DNA of 64,000 bases. Source: Fimbriosthenelais zetlandica (lineage: Eukaryota). The position numbers and the translations under genes are program-made. Position 1 is the stretch's first letter. Each line of letters starts with the position of its first letter. The stretch lies in assembly GCA_977030845.1 (NCBI GenBank), contig OZ365114.1, forward strand, positions 22,382,001 through 22,446,000. The letters are read 5' to 3'. Shown here piece by piece: positions 33,740 to 47,600 of this stretch. The notes under the pieces were generated by a model, which saw only the letters and a list, made by a program, of their open reading frames with translations, had not been told where the DNA came from and did not search any database.

Positions 33740-36700
33740 TTATCGGCCGCCTCGTGGAGCACCACGTGGGCCACCACGACCCCGCCCGCCCCTCATACCA
33801 CGCATGGGAGGCCCACCCCGGCCCCGGGCCATACCCCCACCACCCATACCGCCCCTTTTCATGGGGGGTGGGCCATCTGAGCGAAATCGCTTCATGGGAG
33901 GGCCATCGCCACGCTGGCTGGGCATTGGGCGTCGGTTATCCATGTCTCGTCGGGGGCGATCATCGCGCCCACTATATCCTCCTGATCCGTGATAGGGTGC
34001 ACTAGATCCTCGTGATGAGGACATGGGGGGACCACGAGAGCTGGGACCTCGAGAACCACCTAAAAATGCCGATAGGTATAAAATCTCCGATTTTAGTAAC
34101 AAGTCACAAAACTGCTTCAGAAGTATAAAATGCTTAGGTTTGGAAAACAATTTCTTGGTTCCATTCCATGTCCTGGTAATTTACGTCCGGTATGCCTGCA
34201 ATAACTAGGGGAACAACAAAAAAATAGCACAAGTTGCATTCAAGCTTAGGAAATTTCAGATCTGTTTTAAGTATGGGGTTTCATGACTTAGCATAAATCT
34301 GCTACCGTATATGCCATTGTTCTCGATTCAAAATCCAGCTTCGCTCGCATTATTTGGTCTTTGGATATGATGTGATATTTCAGATTTAATCCCCTCATAA
34401 ACGGGGACACTTTTTTTCCAAGTAGCTTTTTAGAATGATTTCATTAGTTTCATATTCCCAATGTATTGCGCCATTAGATCAGTATCTATTCCTATTTGAA
34501 TCAGCGTTGCCTTTTTTCTCCATAATTATTTTTTTTCCAATCAAGGAGTAACAACCGGAATGCAACCAGTATATTATATATATAACAGATATATGTGCAA
34601 TGCGTGGTCGACTGCCGCTCGTCCGTGCGCTGGAATCCCAATCAATGCTGTCAGGTGTTCATAAACACAGAATTAAATGACACAATCTTCGTCATGACAA
34701 TTGTAATTGCAAGGCAGTATTCTTTTGCTTTCTCCTCTGAATAATCATCAAGCAGAAATATCTTTTATCATCTCAGAAGATATATCTCTTATCGTGAGTA
34801 AAAATAACTTTATTTAATAGCTTAAGAATTATTTATATTAATAGAACAGTTTTATGTGCCATTCTAACCATTCAATATTTTAATGAACTTTATGAAGTTC
34901 CTAATGAACTTTTGTCGAGAGCTTTGCTTCCCTTTCTTCAGTTGGGGAGATTCTTTTCATAGGAACATGAATTAAAGTATGAACTGTTATGCTATTTGTG
35001 GACAGACTGCTGTACAGTGGTTTCTAACCTCAAGATGGGCTTGCTATCATCGGCTAGTTCACCTGTTTTATCCTACAGGTTCCTATCTTATTTTATATTG
35101 GGTTATATTACAGGGGGCGGTATTAGATAGTTTATCCACCCAGGGTGTGTCTGAGGACAGTCATGTCGATGTGACAGACCAGTCTGGGGTGTGTATAGTG
35201 GGTAATGGGTAGAATGATCGTCCCGCGGGCCAGCACCGCGGACCTCCACCCTGTATTAAAGTGTTCACTTACCGTCATAACTGCGGCTTCCTCCATCACT
35301 GTAACTGCTGTATCCCTGGTTACGACCCCCTGTAAGGGTCAATAAATGAAAAGATCAGTCTCAAAATTTCCCAAAATTAAACTTTGTTATCAGTCATAAT
35401 AATTAGGCTCTCATCATATCCTCTATCTCATTTAGTCATTCTGTACTAAAGTCAAATCCCGTGAAATTTATTTCTGGAGACGTATTGAGAAATTGTCAAA
35501 CTTTATATATTTGATTCGTAGTTGATAGATAAGGGCAAGACTCACCAAAATCACTTCTCTGTGACGATCCAAAATCTCGGCTGGGACCAAAGTCACTTCG
35601 GCTGTTGTCCATGTAATCTCTGGTGAAAGAAACATTTTACTTCAAACTTCTTGTTACAGTGCAAATTATTTAGCGGATAGGAAATTCAAATGGAGGATAA
35701 AAAATCTTTGGAAAACATTGTTGCTTTATATTGTTCAAACGCCACTTGATATGGAGAATTTTTAAAAAGTAATTAAAAAAGCATCATGTTAAAATAATGG
35801 AAAAAGTTCAAAAGAAGTTACATTATATTACATTATTCAATTTAACGCTAATAATAGAGGCAATGGAATATAATTCACCAAATATCACAAACAGTTATTA
35901 AGTCAAGGACCCAGGGTACGACAGTTTCATGTGGATACGACACAAGCAAAGTGAATCCATATGAAAGGCTGAACATTGATAAGAATATTATTACAAAATC
36001 TACTCTGAATTTAATTTTAAAGTGACTCTCTACAACCCTTCACAATTCTGGGCATATTGCACAAAAACTATTCTGGGAAAGTGTAATTTAAGTAGGAATG
36101 CTGGGTTGATTTCTTGTGAATAAAATACGCTGGGAAGACGCAACCAGCGACTACATACCTGGGCCTATTATCGTAGTCATTATGACCATTGAAATAACTC
36201 TTCCTTTCCCTACAGAATACAAACACGAGGTAGGTCTATATATATGCGGCATGCACCAAAATCTTAGAACAACACGTTAAAGCATATGGGAACACATGGA
36301 ACATGGGCAGAGGTTAGGGGAATGCAGGATTTTTTTCTGAACGTGCAAAAATACAATCCTGCTTCCAACAATGCAAGGTTATTAATATAACGGTTGAAAA
36401 TGGCAGGCAGAAAAAGAGGTTTTTACATAGGGACCTTACCTGTTAGGACGGCCACCAAAATCACCGTTTTCTGAATAATCTCTTTGTCCCGAGTTGAAGT
36501 CTCTCTGTCCTCTGAAGGAGTCACGCTGGTTACTGTAGCTGTCACGGAACCCGCCGTCACGGCTCTGGAAGCTGTCACGTCCCTGACTGTATGAATCCTG
36601 ATCTCCACCATAGCCTCCTCCCATACTCCGACCACCACCGCCGCTGCTGTACCTGCTCAATATATTAAATTCATTACTCACGGCTTGTAGACTATTTTGA

Positions 36701-37549
36701 AGATTAGATTTGGGTAGTCCAAATTTAATTTTAGCGGTCAATCAATGCGAAATAAAATTCACTTAGTAAAGAAAACAACGCAGTTTTCAAACTATCCAAA
36801 ACTATGAGAATTTCAGTGGTGGTCCAAACAGACCACCATATTACAGATGTATAGGCCTATCAAGTTATTATGTAAAAATATTAACATAACATTAGTAACC
36901 TTATGTAGTGAATGATTATAATATTAAGTTCTTGATTTACCGGTATGTTATCATACATCCAAATATTATAATAGTCCTTTAAAACTTTATAATAATTAAC
37001 CTATTTAATTTACATGTAAATTTTCTATAAAATAACCATTCTGGTATCTCATTCTTCTCACCTGTCGCCTCTGCCGTCATCTCTGTTGCTGTTTCTGGGA
37101 GTGTAACCATTACCAGAGCCGTAATCTCTCCTCCCACCAAAGTCCCGTCCACCGTCTCTACGGCCATCCTTCATGTCTCTCATACCTCCACGGCCTCCCA
37201 TTCCACCGCGGGGCCCTCCTCTCGATCTAGAAAGGATAAATAGTAAAATGTGTAATTATTAAACATCGTACATCACCCAATTAGGGCAATACACAAATCT
37301 AACCTAAATGTTCATGTTTTGTATATTTAGGCCTACCATAATGATTGTGCTCTTCTACAATTTTGACAAATAATAATAGCCAATAATTGGCAGTGGTTAT
37401 TTTTCTCATTTGGCATTATTTACTTACGAGTAGGGTTCAAATCGACCCCCGCCCATTCCACCTCGTCCACCTCTCATGCCGCCACCACGACCTCCACGAC
37501 CCATACCACGGCCTCGGCCTTCAAACCTGCCACCATCACGACGATCCAT
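33740..37549 (-). CDS. RGG/RG-, RD(Y/F)- and Ser/Tyr/Gly-rich low-complexity protein, 7 coding exons, 333 aa, no folded domain recognised (RBMX/FET-tail-like composition)
   Basis: Phase-consistent GT-AG exons: 37549-37428, 37226-37062, 36652-36440, 36209-36159, 35619-35546, 35329-35273, 34059-33740 (1002 nt). The protein starts MDRRDGGRFEGRGRGMGRGG...GGGRFEPY and ends ...MRGGRGRGGPRGAPRGGR*. Confidence 0.88.
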
Positions 37550-38095
37550 GATTCTGTCAAGGAATAGACAAATATAAATGTACTCATGTAGTATTATTAT
37601 AAGAGGGTGCTTTTAGTTGTATGCGATCAAAGGAGACGACGATAAACCATCGCCGACCGGCCGGGATCAGTCTGATAAAGTCGACACAATGAAAATGAAT
37701 GTCTTTGTTTTTGGATACTGTAGCCTACCAACGATGCCCTTGCCGGCCTTGGCCTTGCACAGTCGTGCTGGGCTTATAATTCAGAAGTAACTACTCATCG
37801 AATAGGTTAAATGAAACTACAATATATAGCAACAAATTATACAATGGGTAACAGGTACCATTTACTGCCGTTTGTAATATCGCTTTATCCGACCACGATT
37901 TTCCAGCATCCCCTCAACCCCAAAGCCGCAAGCCAACCCCACGAATGACTCCATTTCGTCCCCATTTATCTCGCTGTAATGACTGAAATACGGGACTTCT
38001 GACCCAATTCTTGTTTTCATTATAAGCTTAACGTATAAAGTACAACATTTCTAGTGCCCATTATCAAATAGATTAATTAATTAGACGTAACTTAC

Positions 38096-38171
38096 GATCT
38101 TTTGTTTATGAATGGTGCGATCTTCAGTCCACAAGTAATTGAATTCAAGATGGCGGCTCACCGACTTCCGG
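38096..38171 (-). promoter_or_regulatory. Promoter and non-coding first exon of the RGG gene
   Basis: YY1 motif CAAGATGGCGGC (38146-38157), ETS/GABP-type ACTTCCGG (38164-38171), and a minus-strand donor GATC|GTAAGT at 38096/38095. There is no ATG in this exon on the minus strand. Confidence 0.7.
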
Positions 38172-38622
38172 TCACGAGGTTCCGTTATTCACTGCGCCGT
38201 TGGTGGGAAAAAGCTGAACTACGGTTTCCCGCGCTCAAACGTTGAGGCCTTAGCCCTTATGTTTTAGCTATTTATACTACTTAGATGTACTTTATTTCTT
38301 CACGTTATGTAAAATTTAAATTCAAAAAACATATTTTTAAGCTAAAATACACCAAAAAGACAGGGCAGTAATATAATTATGCGGAAACATTTATTTACCA
38401 AATGTGCTGTGCTGGGATGGGATTCCAAACCATTTTAAATTATTGATGTATCAGAATTATTTACATACATATAGTGTAGTGGACGGATTTTTGTTACATG
38501 CAATGTAATGTAGAAATTTTCATAAAATTTAAGTAGATTGTATTACCATTTCAACATGCAAAATAGAATAATTTAAAACTTGAAAACGGATATTAACGTC
38601 TTTAGCTGCCATTATAAGCATT

Positions 38623-41600
38623 TCATTTCCAAATCTTAGCTCGGGGTTTTTGCTGTTTGTCAGATTTTTTCTCCACTTTGTTGGGCTGTGGGTTCCCGCG
38701 CTGTGGCCCACTTTTAGTTGAAGCCGTGGGACCTCTACTGCCTGAGGTCTGCTTGCCGGGACTCGTGCTGCGTTTAGGTGAGGAACCCTCCGCTCCTCCA
38801 GTAGGCACTTTAATTACCTGAAAAATGGAAAGATATAAACTATCATTTCTAATTGAAAATTAACTCGTCTTCATAGTTCGGCATTTTCACACCAGAACGG
38901 CCTAATAAATTACTTCAAAAATACCATGGAGATATATCATACACTTTCATGAAAATACTTAAAAGAAATTAGGCCTACAAATTCGTGTAAATGGATAGAG
39001 TGGTATTTTTTATAAATTATACCTGTGTTTCAGCTAGCGCTGGTTGGCGGGTGGGCATCTCCTGCCCGGGTACTACATCTCTACTTGTATGTTGTCTTGA
39101 TTGACCAGCTGAAGACGGCACGCCTCGCTCAGATGGATGTTGCTGCTCATGTTGTATCTGTTGCTGTTGGATGGCAGAGTCAGCAGCTGCTGCCCGACTC
39201 CGGTACATGCCTAACAGCCGTGTTATCTCCCCGACCTGGGTGGGCGATATAGGCCCGGCTGGAGAACCATCTGTGATCAGATCAATAAATAATTTAGGGA
39301 GATAGATGACAAATCTTGACAACTCATGAATAGAAATCAAAAGGATTTATTTCGCATTTACCAATTTAGCGTCCACTACAAAAATCTTTGAGATTAATCT
39401 GCCTTTGTACCATTTGGTTCAATATATATCAGTATCCACCCATCTAATGGTTATATTAGTCGGCTGTTCAAGTAAACAGTGCATGCCTTACCCTGTACGT
39501 GAGCTCGTCCTCCTTGGTTGGGACCTACTGTAGTTTTATTAAAGGCCACGCCTGGTGGAAGCTGACCAACGCCTCCCAACTCTACAGCAGGTGGCTGGCC
39601 ATGTGTCGCCGACAGATAAGATTCATCTACAAAATAAAATGATGATTATAAACACTTTTAAAGTCTTGATGAATATATGGATGTTTTTCAAAACATTAAA
39701 ACTGAGCCCAGATAAGGCCAGTACTTACCGAGGGCGTGTTCAGCAGTTCTTGTTTCATTTTCAGGTATTGGATGACCAGGTGAACGATTCAGCAACTAAA
39801 AAAAGAGAATTCATATTGCGTGACAATTAACTGAAAATAACATTACCCCTATAATCCCTTACCCCTACAAACTTGGCAGGTCTATCTAGCGGCTGAATCA
39901 ATCTGAACTGTTAATCTTTTTAAACTAAATAGCTTACTATTTTCATAAAACGCTCCAGCTCTTTCCGTCGGTCTTCAGGAAGCTGGGATCTTTCTGACAT
40001 GTTTGAACTATCCAACTCACTCCTAAAAAAAAAATGACATTAAATAGTTAATACATTTTAACATGCGAGTGAAACAAGTATGAATGTATCACTTTCAAGT
40101 GGTATTTCAAATGTTAAAAAAAGTCCAACTTACTGTTTGTCTTGTGGTGCCCTCTGCTGAGAGCGTTCTGGAATGTCTGAGAGGCGGTGAGTAAAAGCTG
40201 AGATATCAGTGAGACGTCCCATGCTTATACCAGTCATATTCTGATAACCCAGGTCTGTAAAACAAAATACCACATTTGTGAGAATTCAATACATGGATGT
40301 TAACAAAAGTAACAGATAGACAAGTAGAAACAAGACACTGCAAGACTAGTGAAGTTTTTGCTTAAAGGGGCACTTTCACGGAGGTGCAATGAACACTAAG
40401 ACGACCCTTTAATAAGCCATGGTATTTTACAGAGAATTTCATATGATCTCACCATCATTTAGAGTGCTGACACTCGTGTCTTGAGGAAGAGGAACACAAC
40501 CTTCATCAGACATCATGGAGCTGTTCTGTGAAGCATGATAATGGGCACGTTCTGCTTCATTGGTCAACGTCTCCAGAAAACTGGGTTCAAGACGTGTGAC
40601 TACTGTACGTGCCGACGTCATGACTGGCTGCTGGGACGACGTGGACATGTTGGACGTGTTGTCATTGTGATGGGGCTGAGAGTGGGCTGTAGTGTAGTGG
40701 GTTGTATTGGTACCATAATGAGCAGGGTGCTCTTCTGATGCACTAGTTGGATGCCTCCCTGCATTAGATTCAGACTGGAGGCTGAATCCTGGTATATTCA
40801 TCTGTATAGGGTGTTGATAGGGGTGGGGAGGTTGGTGGGAGGAGTGGGGGTGGTGGTGGGGGTGTGTGGTGGGGTAGGGACCTGTTTGTGGGTGTTGTTG
40901 TTGTTGATGGTGTGGTTTATATATGTCCTGTGTAGCATGACTGTAGCTGTGATGTTGCTGTAGGCTGGTGGTACTGGTGCTGGTGGTGTTGGGTTGTTGG
41001 GGTAGTTCCTCATCTTTTTGTGGAGAGAGCTGCTCGGGTTCTAAGGCTGAGAAGGCTTTATCACTGTACCCAGCCACATGAGGACCAGCAATCTGCTTTC
41101 CTGTAAAATACAAGAGATCATTTCAGTTTTCCACCAATGGGAACTTTGATTAAAAATGCATCAAATTTAATAAATTAAATCACAAAACCCAGTTTAAAAT
41201 ATTAAAATCATCGACTTTGCATGCAACACTCACCCGAGCCTTGAAATCCGTATTCATTGGCACGAATACTGCAAGAGACATGAAGATTAAAGTAAATATC
41301 AAGGACTCATGTGATCATTTCTGGCTGGAAAGGTAGACATATGTACATATTAAAAAACGTATTATATCTTGGTCATGGGACATGAAGAGCAAATATCCAA
41401 CATCAAGTTTGTTATATGAAGGGGGTAGAGCTGGGAGTAGTTACTGGAGTAAGAAAGGCAAATTATAAGCAATATGAATCGCCCATGAATAAAATCCACA
41501 CATCTTAATGGGATGGCTTAGTATGGGGAATATAACAGGGACACTGATTGGAAAATAATGACCAGGTCATCAAATAATCAAACTTGGCTCCCTCCACAAT

Positions 41601-44600
41601 TAACCCCTGTGTTCCCCCATGGTAATGACGTAACAACCCAACCACTTCAATACCAATCAATACCCACCCACTTACAATTGTGAAAATACATGTATACTGC
41701 AACAAAGCCGCCCTTACCATGTCCACCAAACCTCACACATTCATTCATTAAATCAGTCGGGGCTACATTCATTCTACCTCCCCATTGCTATATATTCCTT
41801 CAATTTTTATCTTTCCGTCATTCCTTAATTTGGGTTTCTTCCTACCCTTTTCACACCCACGTTTCAAACCTAAAATTGGCCTAATTTATACCCCTTACAC
41901 AATCTGATTCTTTCTAAATGGCATTGTGAACACTTGTGAAAGGATTCCGTGCATTTTAACTGTGAGGGATGACACTCAATTATTACTTCCAGAATGAGAA
42001 GTTAACTTCTCGTTCTGGAAGAACTATAGTCTACCAGATCCCAGGTCTCTCCCTTGCAAGAACCTTGAGACCGCCTTTTGGCTAGCCTTACCCTAGGTCC
42101 CTAGCTTTACAGTCGGTAGGTGTTTGATACCTTTCTCGTTACAAAACAGGCAAAATTCGCAAGGCTTTTGACGGTTGGTCAGCGAGGGGAGGTCCGTCCA
42201 GCCAAATCAGCTCCTTTGCTTCTTGCATTTTTGAGGTGTTTTCTGTAAGCGAGTCTAAAGTCGCACAGGGCCATTCGATGCTATTGGCCTGAAAGCACTG
42301 TGTACAAGCCACTTATATCTCACCTTTACGACTTTAAACTCATTTAATGAAAACGGGTGACATATTGTTGGATGGAGGCTAGCAAACTTCATCATCGATC
42401 ACTACATTAGTTTTAGTGCTTGGGCAAGTACAAGCATGTGCTACAATTAAACACATTTCATTTCCATCACTATGTAAAATTTCTAACAGGGGACTCACCA
42501 TCTCCATCCTTTTCCTCCTGCTTCCAATCATTCCTATAATAATCTCCTCTTTGAATTCTCTCATGCCCTTCTCTGAGTTCTCCCAGTCACCCTGTCTTAC
42601 TTAGCCACTGTCCCATTCACTATACCACCCTCACCCTCCCTTATACCTTCTCCTATACCATCTCTCCCATCCCCCATGTTCTCCACTGTCTCTTATATTC
42701 TCCCGAGCACACCATTTCCCTTTCCTCCAGCCATCTCTCCCCTCTGTCCCTAACCCTGTGTCTCATCCCCTCCGAACCTCATCATCTCCTTTCTAATTGG
42801 GGTTTGTTTCATAAAATATTTTCAATAATTTACTAATTTCTCGCATACTCTTATTTGGGGCAATTTTCATAAAATATTTCAGAATATTATCTGTCACCCT
42901 TTTGGGGACATTTTAACTACAACTATCACTTGCACCATCACCATATCTCTTTCTGTGTTTGGGGCATGTTTCATAAAAATATTTCCATACCTACATACCT
43001 GCCCCCACCACACACACACTCACCTCAGTAATTTCCAATACCCATCACCCTATTCGTAGCGTTATTAAATATTTCTACCACTATTTCCCATCTGTCATCT
43101 TACACCCTCCAAACAAAATTTAAGTTTAAAATATAAATAAATTTTTTTTTTGGTGAGTTAGTCTTAGTCAACCGGATCCATTCACCCTGGCATATCAACC
43201 CTGGCAAGGCTACACACTTGATAACCAACTGATCACTGTGGCGAATTGCTCCATGGCCGTACACACATATGATCAGTGCAAGTGTTCCACCTTTACGGAT
43301 TGAACGCGGGCCCACGCAAATCAAGCTATGATCAGAACGTGGGAGACTTCACCAGTCTTTCACTTGAAACTTACAGACGGGACCACTACCATGGCTGTTG
43401 TGGGGATTCGAACCCACGAGTCTGTTAAAACTTACATCAGACTACCAGCGCCCTTGACCACTGGGCCAACGAGAACAGCCGTTAGAGGTAGTAAACCAAA
43501 TGGTAATATTTCCAGAACCTCCCCAACCACGGAGGTTGATTATTCTACTGACCAGACACATTCAGCTGATACATTCGGTAGTTTTTAAAAGTTTTAAATT
43601 ATGAATTGATATTAAATATATTTTCCTTTTCACCGTCGCTTCTCATGTACCACAATTTGTTGAACACCAACAGATCCAAGCAGTCAGTGGCCGAATGGTT
43701 AAAGAGATGAACTCTCAATACGAGGGGCATGTCAAACTAGCTTCGATTCCTGCCATGTTCCGCGTTTTCGCTTTTTTTCCAACTGCTTATTTATTCTAAC
43801 TCCCTTAATTACTTGTATATTGTAAGGTGCCATTTAGAGTAGTACAAGAACATGGGTTCGAATCCCAACAAGGTCATAATTTTTCTCTTTCAAACCAAAT
43901 CCCCTCTTCTAACTCCCAAGCACGTTTTTTCACCTAAAGTGAGCCCCAGACCAACATCTAATTCAGGTAATATATTTCGAGAGAAAAAACCTATGTCCTT
44001 ACGTTTAGGCCTACTATGTTCATGATTTTGCTCATTAGTAAATAATTCATCTCCTCCATTAAACTATATATTCATAAGACTATAAAGTTATTCTGGAAGT
44101 GTTTGATGGGCCACATCATCAGCCTTGTTTATATTTAGCCTTCGCTTGACAATATAAATGTTCACACGGGTTTCTAGTGTCATTTGGGCGGAACGTCTCA
44201 AATTACTTAAGCACAACTTCTGGCTAGCAGTATTTCGTGTAGCGAGATGCTGATTTAAATTTTATTATGATTCCTTAATTCTGTGAATTCAGCCATAAAT
44301 ATTTTCCAGTTCTCATAAAACCATTTCAAGCCTGGCTTTTGTTTGCGCCTGTTTCCCAACCCAGGGGAAATAGCCGCAGGGGCTGGACAGGCAACACTCG
44401 TGTAATAGTATGTGTAATAGTCCTCTCCCTTTATGTATAATTATCATCAAGCTAATTAATATACCATCTGCTTTCCAATTATTCCCCATAGCTAAACATA
44501 TAGGGACCGGATTGATTAATTTGAAGTCCACCAATAGCTAAACACTAAACCTATATACATTACATGTACATGTTTCTAAAAGCCAAAGTGAGAAAGCGCC

Positions 44601-47600
44601 ATAATCCAGTGCTTGTTCATTAAAGCTACGGCTAAAGACGGGTACAATAATCTATGCCAGTTAATTGGTCAAAGCTTGTAACAAATTACCTACATCACAA
44701 GCTTTATTAAATCAAACATGGAAAGTGAAATGAATATTTGCTTAAGGTTGTATAAATAAGTCCAAAAACAGCTCAAGCGGATTAACCTATGATCCCACTC
44801 CTGTAATTCCCACAAACTCGATGTAAGTCTGCCATCTAGCCCCACCACTGCCATCGGGACGGCGCCGCAGGGTAATTAAGATTCATTTCATACCTTTCCC
44901 GGCCCCCCCAGTGGCTCAGATGGTTTGCCATCAATATTGTTTTCAATGGCTTACAATAAAGTCAATTAATCAGGGCAAACTAATGTTTCAAGTTAAATCA
45001 AGGGTCAAACAGGCCTGCCAAAGTTGGAGTTGGAATACAGTTCACACGTCTAGTCAGCTGACTGAGCGACTAACACATTATCTGAGAATGTATGGGAGGA
45101 GGTTATGTCATAGAAGTATGATGTAACTGAAGACAGGTCCAACCCCCTGTGGGACGCATGCATGAAGCCAGCGCGCAGGGTAAGCACCAGAAGTGAAACC
45201 ACCACCGGTGGACACACACCCTGACACATGCCTGGATCAGATAGAAGACACATACATGGTTTACCAGCACCACACATTTGGATTTAAATTCACTAAGAAG
45301 CCAGGTATGTACACATACTTTGCACAAATACAAATGAATACCCACTCACAAGATTAAAACCAGAAAAGGCAATCTTTTGAGATAATCACCAATCATCAAT
45401 CTAAGACATATCTTCATATTCAATTACCATTGAAAATAGTTATAAAAGAAAATCAAATCTTCAGGTGTTTAATTTGATTTCAAAAACAAAAGATATATTT
45501 CATATTTATGCTCTATCTTATCTTTTACTTGTGACGGGTATACAATAATTTCTTTAAGGCTTTAATATGAAAAGTTAAAGTTTAAATATCTCCGTTTCCC
45601 TACATATCTTATTGTAATGTTATACTGCTAAGTATGGTTCAACGAGAATAGGTTTAGGACTAGGTTGCATTAAAATGCGGCCCTTGCTCTTTAGTTCCTG
45701 TGCTGCAAATATATCAATAATAAAAGATCTATAGATGTATACCTCATGGAGACAGCCAGGGTCCTCTTTCTGACCCAGCTTAGGCCATGTTTGCTTTAAA
45801 CAAAGTTAGGTTTTAGTTCATACTCCTTGTAAAGGTCATCGGGCCTGTAGACAGCCTGTTTCATAACCATAGGCTAATTAAGGCATTATGAAACAAACCT
45901 TCAGCAACAGATATGTACCTTATATGTAATCCTTTTCTCCAAGATTGCAACTTATTTGCATAAATGGTTGTGTAATACCAAATGTGTACCTGATGTCAAC
46001 TTACAGCGATAAGTTCCACCCCCTTATCTATATTGATGTAATAAACGTAGCCCTCTCCCGGTCCAGCCCACCACCCCCACCCCACTGTCAACCCCTCTTA
46101 ACAAAATTGCAAGTGGTCAGACAAATAATAATTAAACTTATTTCAAAGCTTATTTCTGGAGTAGGTTCCCCTCAAGAATGACCCTATTTCATACAAAATA
46201 GTACGAGCGTCATATTTACGTTTGAATAATATCATATATCTACATTTGAATATCACCCCGATGCAGGACATACATATGAAAAGTGTGTGTGTATCATGCT
46301 AGCAGCATGTTTTAACAATCTGACATAGTGAACTTAACCCTTGAATAGATCCCCTTAGAACAGCATGAGATGACTCGGGGAAACTAGTTATTTATTTAAA
46401 TACCATGTGACTATACTCTCGTTTCTTATATCATATACATATAAACATGTCTAATATAAAGATCTATGTGCATGATTTTGTAATAATCAAGCTAAATAAT
46501 ATTTTCATTAGGAATATTTCCATACATTAAGTGCAATATCTTTTTTTAATTAATTCAACTTAATAAATTGCATTAAAAATATATTAATACAATGAAGACA
46601 AGCTTGGTATGGGTCAGTGATGTAGTCAGTGTGGCTTCAGGGTCGGGGTTTGGCGCCTCTTCGGGTCATGGGACTAAAAGCGTTTAGTGTGGGTTCTCAA
46701 CTTTAAAGCAGTGGCTGAAATCTTTGATGTGCCGGTGGGAGAAAACTGGGGTTTGGTTTCATAAGGAGTCCTATTAGATGGAGTGTGGTTTTATAACAAC
46801 CTGTATATAAGAACGACCAGCCAGTAGAGTTCATCATTCACTGGCTGGATATCTCAAGAACAAGGAGACAGAGATAGAGAGATACTTTCCTTGGAATTGT
46901 ATAACGCTGCTCATTTACTTGCTGGATTACTTGGCTTTGTGGCATACATTAGGATATGTACATGTGTAGGAGTTGTTGACCATCACCATATGATAGGTAA
47001 GATTTTTCGATTGAATTATAGACATAACTGTTTATCTAGTGAGAGGGTGGAAATGAAAGAGTTTCGTAATGGGTAGATAGAGTGTGGTTGAAAAGACATA
47101 AGGGGTTATCTCAAAAAAAAATTTTCTCTAAATTTAAGTCCTTTGATTTAGAGCCAGGCTAAAATCTAAAATCACGGTGACTGATACCAATGCAATTTTT
47201 TTCCACAAAGTAATCAGGGGCCTCAGGCCACCACCTAATGTTTTATAGGATTTAAATTTAGAAAAAAAAACTTGCGAAATTTTTAGATGGCCCTTAAGGT
47301 GGCTGAGGGCGCTGATATGTTAAGTAAGGGATGTAATAGACAGATTGAGGTAGATGCACAGACAAGCAGGCGGATAGACAAACAAAAGAAACCGACATCA
47401 AAGGTTGAAAAGAATGAATTGTAAATGGGATGGATTGACCATCTCACATCTGGGGATGAGGGAGTAAGCTTTAACACTGATTGGGGTGGAGGCGTGACTT
47501 GGTCAGCAGACAATGGCAGAAAAAGATAGAAGGGTGAATTTTTAGCTTAGTCTATATTGTGTATCCATATTGTTTTTCAATGACTCAAAAGAGAAATAGT

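Noticed and set aside
33754-34208. Plus-strand Pro/His-rich ORFs
   Set aside because: Antisense to the G-rich RGG exon.
34646-34754. Possible intronic C/D snoRNA (TGATGA…CTGA with a 4-bp terminal stem) on the minus strand
   Set aside because: Box C is imperfect and no antisense guide to rRNA or snRNA was recognised.
35100-35252. Possible alternative exon after an AATACAG acceptor in the RGG gene
   Set aside because: Only ~20 nt from the preceding donor, too short for an intron.
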